Assembly (NCBI RefSeq): GCF_036321535.1
Contig: NC_087447.1
Location: 47,060,001 to 47,124,000, forward strand
Direction of reading: 5' to 3'
From: Camelus dromedarius
Lineage: Eukaryota
Length of the DNA stretch: 64,000 nucleotides
Below the pieces are notes generated by a model, which did not search any database, was not told the DNA's origin, and saw only the letters and a list, made by a program, of their open reading frames with translations. Made by a program: the position numbers and the translations under genes. Position 1 is the first letter of the stretch; each line of letters opens with the position of its first letter. Positions 23,136 through 35,449 of this stretch are shown here, piece by piece.

Positions 23136-23570
23136 ATTAATTTACAATTTTCTGATAACATATGTGGAGCATTTTTTCATGTGCTTACTTGTTATCTGTA
23201 TATCATTCTTGGTGTCATGTCCATTCAGATCTTCTGCCTATTTGAAAATCAGGTTGTTTTCTTATTGTTGCATTTTAAGTGCTCTTTGTGTATTTTAGAT
23301 ACTAGTTAGATATGTGTTTTGCAAACATTTTCTCCCAGACTGTGGTTCATTCTCTTAACAGTGTCTTTTGCAGAACAGAAATTTCTAATTTTAATAAAGT
23401 CCAACTTATCTATTTGTTCTTTCGTGGATCATGCTTTTGGTGTTGCTATTGACAAACAGCCATTGCCAAACTCAAGATCACCTTGGTTTTCTCCTATGTT
23501 ATCTTCTACGAGTTTTATAGTTTTGCATTTTACATTTAGGTTTATGACCCACTTACATGTATATTTCTAA
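23136..23570 (-). mobile_element. Older L1M fragment (continues 22240-22310)
   Basis: Reverse L1 ORF2-like sequence (GAGCATTTTTTCATGTGCTTA..., GTGTCTTTTGCAGAACAGAAATTT...). Confidence 0.75.
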
Positions 23571-24090
23571 TACTTACTTTTATCAAATTAAAGGTACAAA
23601 ATTAAAAAAAATCAAGACATAATGAAAAACATCAGCCCTCTTCTCCCATCTCCATCTCCCCCATTTTATCCCCAGAACCCAGATCCCACTCTCCAATCCA
23701 TTTTAGCTATTTCTTTTGGTATTGATCTCCATATATTTAGATAAGTAACAATTTTAGCTAACATATTTTGAGTACTTACAATGTTTCAGGCTGTGTCCTA
23801 AGCGCTTCACATACATTATCTAATCCTTATAATCACCTTATATTCTAGGTGCTATTTCTACTCCTACTTTAGAGATGAGAAAAATTGAATCACAGAGGGG
23901 TTAAGTAATTACATAAAATCACATGGTTAGCAAATGGCAGAGCTGGGGTTTAATCTCAGTGTGTTCTTTCAGTATAGTATTTACCCTGTGATTTCTTGAT
24001 TTACCGATTTTAGACTATTGGTTTGCTAGTATGAATAATTACCACTCACACCACCCAAGCCCCCAGTGTGTCTCCCTCTTATCCCAAATG

Positions 24091-24810
24091 CCATATTTCA
24101 CTGAATCTCAGACATCACTGACTGTAAGCCACATCTTTATATACCACTACAAAGAAAAAAAACCGAAAATAACCACAATGATTTATCACTTAGAATTTTT
24201 ATATTTATTGAAAGAGATCCTTTAGAATTTTGATGTGCAATTTACCATATACTTTTGTGCTTGCAAGCAATACAGAGAAAAATATAAGCAAATAGATCGG
24301 TTGAAATATTTCTAAAACTTCTTCAGAGTCCCATTTTTTGAATCTTTTTTTTTGCCTCAAAGATGTCAATGCCCACATTTAATTAGTTAATTAATTTTAG
24401 TACAGTATCATACTCTGAACCTTCAAGAATATTGGTGACATAGCACTTTTAAGAAAAGAGGGCTCTACTATCATCAGTGGAATTTTCTTCCAAACCATTG
24501 ATGTTCATTCTGCACATTTTGATACTGGCACTTTCTTGATTTTTCCAGAAGGTATATATGAAAACTTCTTAGACAAATCCTGGACTTCAATTGTTTCCTC
24601 AGATGGTACATGAATGGTTTGTGGACTGAGATGTCCGGATTGGCAGTTGTCCAGTCATGCCTCTAGAAATGACAATCATGTTTGCACATGGCAATGTGGC
24701 ATCTGTGTCACAACCACTGCCTGCCTGATGGCGATTGTGATGGGTCTTGATTTCAGATTTTCAGATTTCAGTTTTGATAACATATGCATCTTGGAATCCA
24801 TGGAACACTG
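24091..24810. mobile_element. Ancient TcMar-Tc2 (Kanga/MER104-like) DNA transposon
   Basis: Degenerate inverted ends CCATATTTCACTGAATCTCAGACA ... GCATCTTGGAATCCATGGAACACTG. Confidence 0.5.
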
Positions 24811-25144
24811 TGCTTGTATGTAAATTTTAGTTATGTCAACATTTGGTTGAACTTTATGTCTGAGTCACGTATGTATTATATGCTTACCATAAGTGCATTA
24901 GTTTCCTTGTATGAATTTTTGCTTTTCCTAGAAATAATAATTACTTACTTTTCATTTGCTTAGTTTCCTAAGCCTCTATCACAATCACTCTCCTAAAGAA
25001 CTGTAAAATTCTTGAAGATGCTCTTTCCACACAGTCAGGCATGTCAAATCTTCTATCAGTCCCATTACTTTTTTCCTGGAGACCACTCTCCTGGAGCTTT
25101 CTGGGGTAGATTGGATTATTGTTCCCAGTGCTTCACTTCCTTCC

Positions 25145-25576
25145 TGTTAGAGAATTATACACCTCTGCTTTTTGCCATAGGATTTTGCAATCTCTCTCCC
25201 TAGAGTAGGGGGAATATATTTTCCTGTCCTTTGATGTTGAACTTGTCCTTGTGACTTGCTTTGGCTCAAGAATGTTAAGAGACGTGAGAGAAGAGAGGAT
25301 TTCCATGTGCTTTTTGTAATCTGGCTTGCTTCTTGAGCTTCTGCAATCCACCATGAAAGGGATACGGCTTGGGTAGCTGTTGGTTGAAGGAGAATGAAAA
25401 AACATGGGGAGAAGACCTGAACCCTCATCTCAGCCTAGAGCCAAGCCCAGCTGAGTGCATCTGTACTGACTGAACCCTAGCCAATATGCATGCACGTCCG
25501 TGAACATGAAAAATATTTGTTGTAAGCCCCTGAGGTTTTGAGGTTTTCTTTTATTACACAGAAAAAACTGACCAAC
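25145..25576 (+). mobile_element. MaLR LTR (MLT1I/J-like)
   Basis: CCTTGTGACTTGCTTTGGCTCAAGAATGT...; end TTGTTGTAAGCCCCTGAGGTTTTGAGGTT...TTATTACACAG. Confidence 0.65.
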
Positions 25577-25589
25577 ATACCTTCCTTCC

Positions 25590-27400
25590 TCCTGCATGAA
25601 TCTGGACTCGTTGTTGCTCTGCAGAGCTATTGTCCTGCGATATCCCTTTGCTCATCTATTGGGCCAGATCCCCCATTTACTGAATTCTGTGACTTCCTTT
25701 TTCTTGGTTTATTTACTTGTTTTAATGGAACACATCCTCAAGTAGCTTCCTGAGAAAGGGTTCAAGGTAGGAATATTTTTGAGACCCATACATATCTGAA
25801 CACGTTTATTGGGCCATCACATTTGATGAATAATTTGGCTAGTTTGTATTTCTAGGTTGCAAATAATTTTCTCTCATAATCTGAAGGCATTTCACCATTG
25901 TCTTTCAGCTTCTATGTTGTTTCTGAGGGACAACATTATGATTCCCTGTTTTTTGTATATGACTTTATTTTTCCTTTGGAAACTTTTAGAGTCTTCTTTA
26001 TGTCCTGAGGGTTTTGATATTTCATGATGATATGACTGGGTAGGAATCTGTTTTCAACCACTGGGCATTTGCGGGGGTCTCTTGCTAAAAATTCATGTTC
26101 TTTAATGATAGAAAATTTCTTGTGCTATTTATTTGATAATATTCTCCACCTTACTAATTTCTTAATTTTTGAAACTCCTATTGGGCAGAGGAAGGGCAAT
26201 TGAAATATTTTATTTATTATTGCACTATTTAATTATTTTATTTTGGCAAGGGTAGGGGAGGTAATTAGGTTTATTTATTTTTAGAGGTGGTACTGGCGAT
26301 TGAATTCAGGACCTCATGCATGCTAAGCATGTGCTCTACCACTTGAGCTATACCCTTCCCCCAAGGTTAGATATTTTAAGTTGCTTTTTCTAAGTTTATG
26401 TTTTTTTTCTCACACATTCTCCATTTCTTTTTGTTCTACTTCTTGGGAGATTTTCTCAAGTTTATCTTCCAATTACTTTATGGATTAAAAAAATTACTAC
26501 CATAGCTTAAAATTACAAAAGTTATTTCTCATCTGTGACTGTTATTTTCAAAAGGATTTTGCAGCTATATTTTCTGTTTTTTCTCTAGATTTGAGGGGAA
26601 GTTTTCTGTATTGTTTCTGCTTCCTCTTTCTTTTTCCTGGTTATAGTTTTGCCTTTCATGCTCAAATTTTCCTTACATGTCTGGTGTCTCTTGTTTCCTT
26701 TCATATTTAAGAGTGAAGTGTTAAAAAATTTGTTGGAAGCTCTGTGTGTGCAGAGCTTATGAAATATGGTTTCATTGAATGGTGACTGGATAGGAACTCA
26801 GCCTTTTTTTTTTTTGAGAATGCAAAATGTTGCATCTATAGAACTTTTTTCTAAGGTCATTTAGTATCTCTAAAGACAAATCTTGGAAGGTTCTGCCCAG
26901 GAAGGAAATATGCCTGGCTGTCATTGTTCTTGGAGCTACATGGCAGAAGGGGCTGGGTATGATGGTAGATCTCTTCTCAATTTCTATGTTTTGGGCACAG
27001 CTCTTATTCCTCACTTGCTTTTGTTCCTGGTGGTCCTAAGCATGGAGGCTGTCTGGTTGGCTTCTCTCACAGGCTGATGCTTCAGTCTCCTGTCCCTGTG
27101 GGGCAGGGGTGATTGGCTGACCAGGATGGAAGAGGAGAACTGGAAGTCTTAACTGCATTTAAAAAATAAACTTTCAATCATTTCCCCTATTTTCAGCCCC
27201 ATGTTTTATCCCACATTCTCACAACACCTGGTGCTTTACCTTCCTGACCTTTTCTGGGGTACTGTGGTACAGATTTCTTTCTTTCTTTTTGACATTTGCT
27301 TTGTAGCTATTGGGTGTTCAGTTTTCTCAGTTCTGCTATTCATTTTTCTCAGTTCTGCTTTTTCTATTCATCATTTCCATTTTAAATAGTATACAGAAAT
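25590..27400 (-). mobile_element. Highly diverged L1ME-like sequence
   Basis: T-rich with L1 5'/ORF1-type reverse motifs (TCTAGGTTGCAAATAATTTTCTCTCA..CATTTCACCATTGTCTT). Confidence 0.5.
26206..26362 (-). mobile_element. tRNA(Ala)-derived SINE, camelid vic-1-like
   Basis: Minus strand GGGGGAAGGGTATAGCTCAAGTGGTAGAGCACATGCTTAGCATGCATGAGGTCCTGAATTCAATCGCCAGTACC (A/B boxes) followed by AAATAAATAAACCTAATTACCTCCCC and an A-rich tail. Confidence 0.82.
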
Positions 27401-28521
27401 GTATTAGAGAGAAAAAAATTTACAATTTCACTAACCCCAAATAAAAACACATGTACTAGGCCAGATGATTAAGAATAGTGAAGAAATAGAAAGTAGAGTA
27501 TAAATAGAAGGTAATATTCTTTCCCCCCCAGTCCCTTTCTCAAAAGGTAGCATTTATAAACATTTTCTTGATTTCTCCTAGAAGTTAAAAAAAAAAGCAA
27601 ACCTATAAGTATGTGTGTGTGAAAGTGCACATACACAAAGGGGATAAAACTAAAAAGTATGTAGATTAGATTTTCCCACAATATTCCTGGAGATATTTCA
27701 CCATTGGCACATGTAGATTCATCTTTTTTTTTTCCCTTCTTGTTAGCTATATAGTACTACATTGCATGGCTGCCTCATAATTTATTGTGATGGACATGTT
27801 GGTTTTGAAACAATATTTCTAGGGCACTAGGCAAACTATAAAGGATCCCTTCTTTTTGTAAAACAAACAATTATTTCAGGGTAATGAGTACTTACTTATC
27901 TGTTAATTTTCCAGGTTTGTACACTTGTATTTTAATAAATCAACCTTTCTTAAAGTGATTCCACCTGTAAGTGACAGATGACTACGTATGCATTTACAGC
28001 AGTTTCAAGTGAAATACTCAGCGAGGCAGTGAGTAAAGTTACTGGGAATCCTTTGGTTGAAAGAAATGGAAATTACATCTGAAGGGAAAATCCAGCTAAA
28101 GGAAAAAGGAAAATAGGTTTCAGGGATACTCTGTTGTCTTGTAGACCTAACAGCAGATGGCCTCCAGGGAAAACTGGGACCAGGGACCAAGACACATCAG
28201 AACTGTCTCTGCCTTTTAGCTCTCGTCCTCTCTGTACTCTGTTCTTTATTCCCACCAGCAGATCAGTTTCCTCCACTGTTCTAGCCCCCAGAGTAGATAA
28301 CATGGCTGTGGACAGCTGAAGAGTTATACATCTTAGGCCCTCTAAAGAGAGAATTGGGGCTTTTTCTCAGCTCTGGTTTTAAAATTTCTCAAGGAGAGGG
28401 GAGCCTGGTTGGCCTAGTTTGTGTCAGTAAGGTTGTCACATTAGGACTAATAAAATGTATCCAGATGTGTCCAGGGAGCAGTGTCATAGTGTACTAACAT
28501 GGCAACAACTTCAAAAAGGCT

Positions 28522-29242
28522 CTGTGTTTTGTTTTGGTTTTTGTTTTTTGAATTATACGTTAATCTTTATGATCAACACAGTCAAGTTAAGACATCTACA
28601 CTGCTAAGCTAGAATTAGGAAGGGCTTAAAATATGATTCCCTCTAAAGAGAGAAATGCAAGTCCATTACCAATTCTACACGAAATTAGCCTACGTTATAA
28701 GGAAGCAGATCTCCTATCAGAGATGACACAGTGAATACTGTGCAATTACCATAACAGAAGAATGGACTTAAGTGCAAGAAAACAGATTCTATAGAATGTG
28801 ACTTTCCTTGGGATGCCTTTGGTGATGACATTATTTTATGCTGAAAATAAGAATACAAATACGATGCACGTTATTGCAGGGAGCATTAGGGTTAGCTTTA
28901 CACACAGTTGACGTAACACGTCACACTCTCACCCAGAGCATCTGTGGGGAAGGTGAAGGAAAACAGTAGGTGGATCCAGTGATTTTCATCCCAAATTCTG
29001 ATTCCATCTAGGATCTCCACGAGGTGATAGAAACACTCTAGGAATAAGCACCAAAAAATAAAGGTATAAAGGCTCAGAGGCCATCAGAATGGAAGTCTGT
29101 AGTAGTTACACGAATTCTTGAATTGAAAATTCCAATTCTGAAGAAGTCATATGTAAAAATGAACAGTAAAATAAAAGTTAAATCTGGCTTTATTAACTTG
29201 ATTCTTGAGTTTAAAGCCAGATAAAATCCTGGGTCAAAAAAG
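28522..29242 (-). pseudogene. Probable retrocopy of an unidentified mRNA 3'UTR
   Basis: Degenerate poly-T tail 28522-28549; CATAAA variant ~20 nt before the tail on - strand; no resemblance to a repeat I recognise; flanking AAAAGGCT at 28514-28521 and 29243-29250. Confidence 0.55.
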
Positions 29243-29254
29243 AAAAGGCTTTTT

Positions 29255-31240
29255 CAAGGAAGTGAAAGACCTATACTTTGAAAACTATAAAACACTGATG
29301 AAAGAAACTGAAGATAATTCAAAGAAATGGAAAGATACCCTGTGCTCTTGAACTGGAAAAATTAATATTAGAATGGCCATACTATCCAAAGCAATATACA
29401 GATTTAATGCAGTTCCTATCAAAATACCCATGACATTTTTCATGGAACTGAAAAAAAAAAATCCTAAAATTTATATGGAACCATCAAAGACCCTGAAACA
29501 CCAAAGCAGTTCTGAGAAAAAAGGACAAAGCTGGAGGCATAATCCTCCCAGACTTTAGACTGTACTATAAAGCCACAGCAATCAAAACAGCACAGTACTG
29601 GCACAAAAACAGACACATAGATCAATGATCAGAATAGAGAGCCCATGCAGTTACAGTCATTTAATCTATGACAAAGGAGGCAGGAATATACAATGGAGAA
29701 AAGACAGTCTCTTCAGTAAGTGGTGATGGGAAAACTGGACAGCCACATGTAAAATAATAAGATTAAAACAATCTCTCACACCATGTGCAAAAATAAACTC
29801 AAAATGGTTTAAAGACCTAAATATAAGACCTGAAACCATAAAATTCCTAGAAGAGAACACAGACAGAACACCGTTTGACATAAATTATAGCAATATTTTC
29901 TTGGATTAGTCTCCTAAGGTAAAAGAAATAAAAGCAAAAATGAACAAATGAGACCTAATTAAACTTAAAAGTTTTTGCACAGCAAAGGAAACCATCAGCA
30001 AAATGAAAAGACAACCAACAGAACTGGAGAAAAAACCTGCAAATTATGCTACTGACAAGGGGTTAATAGCCAAATATACAAACAGCTCATACAGCTCAAT
30101 ATCAAAAACAAAACAAAACAAAACAAAAACAAACCCACAGACAATCCAATAAAAAAATGAGCAGAATACTTGAATAGACATTTTCCCAAAGAAAACATAC
30201 AGATGTCCAAGAGACACATGAAAAGATGCTCAACATCACTATTAGAGAAAGCAAATCAAAATCACAATGAGGTATCACCTCATATCTGTCAGAATGGCTA
30301 TCATCAAAAAGTCTACAAATAACAAATGTTGGAGAGGATGTGGAGAAAAGGGAACCTTTGTACACTGGGAATGTAAATTGGTGCAGCCACTATGGGAAAC
30401 AATATGGAGATTCCTTAGAAAACTAAATATATAACTACCATATGATAGATAGATAAATAAATAGATAAACAAGTTCCTACTATATAGCACAGGGAACTAT
30501 ATTCAATATAATTAAAAAGAAGATGAAAATATATATGTATAACTGAATCTCTATGCTGTACACCAGAAACACAACACTGTAAATCAACTATACTTCAATA
30601 AAAAAGTCCTAAAAAAATAACTACCATATCATCCAGCAACTTCACTCCTGTGTATATACTACCCCCTAAAAAGAAAACACTAATTCGAAAAGATACATGC
30701 ACCCCACTGTTCATAGCAGAACTATTTACAATAGCCAAGACATGGAAGCAACCCAACTGCCCATCAACAGACTGGATTAAGAAGATGTAGTATATATACA
30801 ATGGAATATTACTCGGCCACAAAAAGAACAAAATACTGCTATTTGCAGTTGTGCTGATAGATCTAGAGAATATTAAGCTGAGTGAAATAAGTCAGAGAAA
30901 GATAAATGATATATGCTATCACTTATATGTGGAATCTAAAAAAATAATACAAATGAATACATACACAAAACAGAAACAGACTCACAGATATAGAAAACAA
31001 ACCTATGGTTACCAAAGGGGAGAGAGAAGTGGGGAGGGACAAATTAGGGGTATGGGATTAACAGATACAAATTAGCATAAAATAAATAAACAACAAGGAT
31101 ATACTGTCTATCACAGAGAATTATATCCATTATCTTGTAATAAACTATAGTGGAATATAATCTGCAAAAAATACTGAATCACTATGCTGTACACCTGAAA
31201 TTAACACACTATTGTAAACTACACATCAATAAAAATATAA
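29255..31240 (+). mobile_element. 5'-truncated LINE-1 (ORF2 3' part + 3'UTR)
   Basis: [23 protein letters not shown] and further disrupted ORF2 peptides; 3'UTR ending AATAAAAATATAAA. Confidence 0.92.
30447..30616 (+). mobile_element. Short L1 3'UTR fragment nested in the L1 above
   Basis: Flanked by ATAACTACCATAT(G/C)AT at 30431-30446 and 30617-30632; resembles 15495-15676. Confidence 0.85.
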
Positions 31241-31689
31241 ATTAAAGGTTTTTGTTCATATTATATTAATATAGTAAAAAGTAGATGGTTTTTTAAGAAG
31301 TATCAGAATGGTGTTTAGACAGCATTTAGGTAGTGGGAATGAGCTGACAGAGTGTTGCTACCAAAAGGGCAGTGCTGAGCAGACTGCCACCTACAGGTCT
31401 GACATTACTGAATCTTCTAATTTTTTGATGAGACTTCTGGAAGGGGTTAAGATTTCAGTGATGCCATTATTCAAAGAGAATTTAAGCCCTTGGTGAAGGT
31501 TTTATAATGACCATGCCAAAGTTTCCTTGGATCACAGAGAAGAGACCCTACCTAAACAAAGATGTCTTTACAGTTTGGAGCTCACCAGCACACCCTTCTC
31601 TTTGGGCCTCTAAAACCGTGTGGTCCCTCCAAGCAAAAGTGGAAAGCAGTAGGAATTCAAATTCCATAGGTGACACTAGGATTTACTCT

Positions 31690-32590
31690 TGGTGTTGTAC
31701 ATGCCATGGGTTTTGACGCATGTATGTAATATGCCCACCATTATCATACAGAATAATTTCACTGCTCTAAAAACCTGTGCTCCACCTATTTATCTGTCCC
31801 CAACTCAAGCTCCTGGCAACCACTGGGGTTTTATTCTCTCCACAGTTTTGCCTTTTCCAGAATGGAATCATACAGTATATAGCCTTTTCAGATTGGCTCC
31901 TCTCACTTAGTAATATAAATTTATGTTTTCTCCATGTCTTTTTCTGGCTTGGTGACTCATTTCTTTTTAGTGCTGAATAATATTCCATTGTCTTGATGTA
32001 CCACTGTTTGCTTATCCATTTGCCAATTGAAGAATATCTTGGTTGTTTCCAAGTCTTGGCAACTATGAATAAAGCTCCTATAAACATTTGTGTGCAGGTT
32101 TTTGTGTGGACATAAGTTTTCCACAAATTTGGTAAATGTCAATGAGTAAAACTATAGGATTTTATGGTAAATTTTATTTAGTTTTGTAAGAAATCACCAA
32201 ACTGTCTTCTGAAGTGGTTATTGTGCATTCCCACCAGCAATGAATGAAACTTCACGCTGTACCACATCCTTGTCAACATTTGGTGTAGTCAGTGTTCTGG
32301 ATTTTGGCCATTCTAATAGGTGTGAAGTGGTTACCTCATTGTTGCTTTAATTTGCAGTTCCCTGATGACATATGATGTTGAACATCTTTTCATATGCTTA
32401 TTTGCCATCTGTATACCTTCTCTGGAGAGGTATCTGCTCTGATCTTTTGTCCACTTTGTAATTTGGCTGTTCATTTTCTTATTGTTGAGTTTTAAGAGTT
32501 CCTTGTTTATTTGGGATACCAGTCCTTCACCAGATGTGTTTTGCAAATATTTTCTCTCAGCCTATGGCTTGTCTTCTCATTCTCTTGACA
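31690..32590 (-). mobile_element. L1M fragment (ORF2 3' end)
   Basis: KTYVHTKTCTQMFIGALFIVAKTWKQPR...; [25 protein letters not shown]. Confidence 0.88.
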
Positions 32591-32703
32591 TTTAACTTTA
32601 ACACATTAAAAAAACTTATTTTCTAAAGGATTTTTCTTTGAATTGAGGTATAGTTTTTTGACATAAAAATTGAGATAATTCACACCATAAAATTTATCCT
32701 TTT

Positions 32704-33338
32704 TTAATATTTTTTATTGAGTTATAGTCATTTTACAATGTTGTGTCAAACTCCAGTGTAGAGCACAATTTTTCAGCCATACATAAACATACATTCATTA
32801 TCACATTCCCTTTCGCTGTGAGCTACCACAAGATCTTGTATATATTTCCCTGTGCTATACAGTATAATTTTGTTTATCTATTCTACATTTTGAAATCCCA
32901 GTCTGTCCCTTCCCACCCCCCGCCCCCTTGGCAACCACAAGTTTGTACTCTATGAGTCCATTTCTGTTTTGTATGTATGTTTTGTTTAGATTCCACATAT
33001 GAGTGATCTCATATGGTAATTTTCTTTCTCTTTCTGGTTTACTTCACTTAGAATGGCATTCTCCAGGAATATCCATGTTGCTGCAAATAGCGTTATGTTG
33101 TTGGTTTTTATGGCTGAATAGTATTCCATTGTATAAATATACCACCTCTTCTTTATCAAGTCATTTGTTGATGGACATTTAGACTGTTTCCATGTCTTGG
33201 CTATTGTAAACAGTGCTGCTATGAACACTGGGGTGCAGGGGTCATTTTGAAATAGGGTTCCTTCTGGATTTATGCCCAGGAGTGAGCCCTAGTCTTTTGA
33301 GGAATCTCCATACTGTTTTCCACAGTGACTGCACCAAA
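32704..33338 (-). mobile_element. Young LINE-1 3' fragment nested in an older L1
   Basis: MFIAALFTIAKTWKQSKCPST...; duplication CATAAAATTTA(T/C)CCTTT at 32686-32702 and 33339-33355. Confidence 0.9.
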
Positions 33339-33355
33339 CATAAAATTTACCCTTT

Positions 33356-34050
33356 AAAGTGTACAATTCAGTAGTTGGACAAAGTTGTGCAACCATGAGA
33401 CTATCACCATTATGTTAATTCCATAACATTTTCATCACTCCAAAAGAACTCCTGTATCTATATATAGGGTATGTGTATGTATATATATATATATACTCTT
33501 TATAACTGGCTTCATTTAGAATGTTTTCAAGGTTCATCCATGTTGTAGCATGAGTCAGTACTTCATTCCTTTTATAGCTAAACATTCTATTGTATGGATA
33601 CACCACATTTTGTTTATTCATTCAGTGGTTTGATGGACAATTGGGTCCTTTCCACTTTTTGGCTTTCTGAACATTCGTGCAGCAAGTTTTTGTGTGGGCA
33701 TATGTTTCATATCTCTTGGGTGTATATTTAGGAGTAGAATTGCTGGAACATATGGAAACTCTGTCTGATCTTTTAAGGGACTGCTAGGCTCTTTCCCAAA
33801 GTGGTTGTATCATTTTACATTTCCATTTTCTCCACATCCTCACCAACACTTGTTAGTTTATCTTTTTGATTATAGCCATTCTAGGGGGTGTGTAGTAGTA
33901 TCTCATGGCTTTGGTTTGCATTTCCCTGATGGCTAATGATATGCTTATTAGCCATTATTGTATCTCCTTTAGGGAAATGTCTATTCAGATCCTTCCCTAT
34001 TTTAAATTAAAGTGTCTTTTTTATTGTTGAGTTGTAAAAGTTTTTTATTT
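33356..34050 (-). mobile_element. Older L1M 3' fragment (host of the above)
   Basis: KRNEVLTHATTWMNLENI peptide; reverse L1 3' motifs. Confidence 0.82.
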
Positions 34051-35449
34051 ACTCAAATACTAGAGAGGCCAAAGAAGAATAGGTGTTTTGGAAGAAGTGC
34101 AGTTACTGTTGATAAAATTTAGATGTGACTATGATGACATAGGTGACTGAGGTGGGCAGGGGCAGAAAAAGATCACTGTGAGCAAAGCAGGGTGTTGAGT
34201 AAGTCATTCACAGGAAGTTGAAGCCATCAAGGACGATGGTATGTGTTAAAGAAGGGAGAAAGTGATGGGGGACTAAAATCTTCCTCGTATGAGGGACAGT
34301 TATTGAGAGATCACTAGGTACTGCAATGACAGAAGGGCTAGAATATATAGTCAAACTGCTGAATTAAAAAAAGCTAGGAGGAAGGAAGAACAATAATCAC
34401 AGAGAAGCAGTGGGGGCTCACTTCCTTTTTTTTTTTTTTTGCTAAGTTTCCCCTGTAAGCTCATTTCAGTAGCCCTTGTTTTCCTAAAGGTTCCTTGGGA
34501 AAACCTGGTTATGGGAATATCCTTACAGAACAGTTCTGTTTGCTTCTGTAGGATCCTATAGGCTTCACTGGGCCAGGACCAGCTTTTTGTTAGTTTTTCA
34601 TCTTGAGATTCCAGTAACATTCAGGTATTGTGAATTTGGACCACACTCTCACAAACAAAAAGTTTATTAGTTTCTTCGTAGATGATTCTACTTACAAGCT
34701 TGTCAGACTTTCTTGTATTTCCTACTGATTCCCAGGTCCATGAGTAGTGTTCTTCTAGTCTTCATTTCACAAGTGGTTTCTGAGACTTCTATTTCAATGG
34801 TGAAGCTCTAGCATTCATTCATTAGGCCTATATCTTGGTTCCAAGTCTCTATGAACTCTTTGACCTTCACACTCACACATTGTCTGACTTTTGGGTTCCC
34901 ATTAATTTCTGGCACCTTGAGATTTCCCATTTTTAGTTTCAAGTTCAGTTGTGTGTCAAATTTTTTTCTTTTGATTACATAACATTCAGTATTTCTGTAT
35001 TTGAGATGGGAAGGGAGTTTGCCTGGAACTATTCTGTTGTATATTGGTCAGAAGTGACCCTAAACCATTCTGCATAATGCAGTCAAAGGGTCTTTTAAAA
35101 ACATAAATACGGTTATTTTATTCCCTTAGCATGGCATTCAGGAAATCAGGACACTTGCCTCTCTAGCTTCATTTCCCACCATTGTCTCTTCTCCACACTC
35201 ATGTACAGCCTCTACACTCCAGTCAGACACTAACTCTTCTTTCTGTTCTCTCCAAATTGTATTTAGGCTGTGTGTTGATGGTAGTTAAATTTATCCCCTA
35301 GTTTAGCATACTTTCCAGCATGGTATCAAGATGTAGTTAACTGACAGGCGTAGTAATTTTTATCTCCTAGATTCAGAAAATAGTAGCTCCATATGGTGAA
35401 GCCAGTGGACACTGCAGTGTAACATGACTTTAATTTTAAATTAAAAATG

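Noticed and set aside
26290..26362. tRNA-Ala gene
   Set aside because: Stems and B-box are degraded and it runs into a SINE body and A-rich tail, so it is a tRNA-derived SINE
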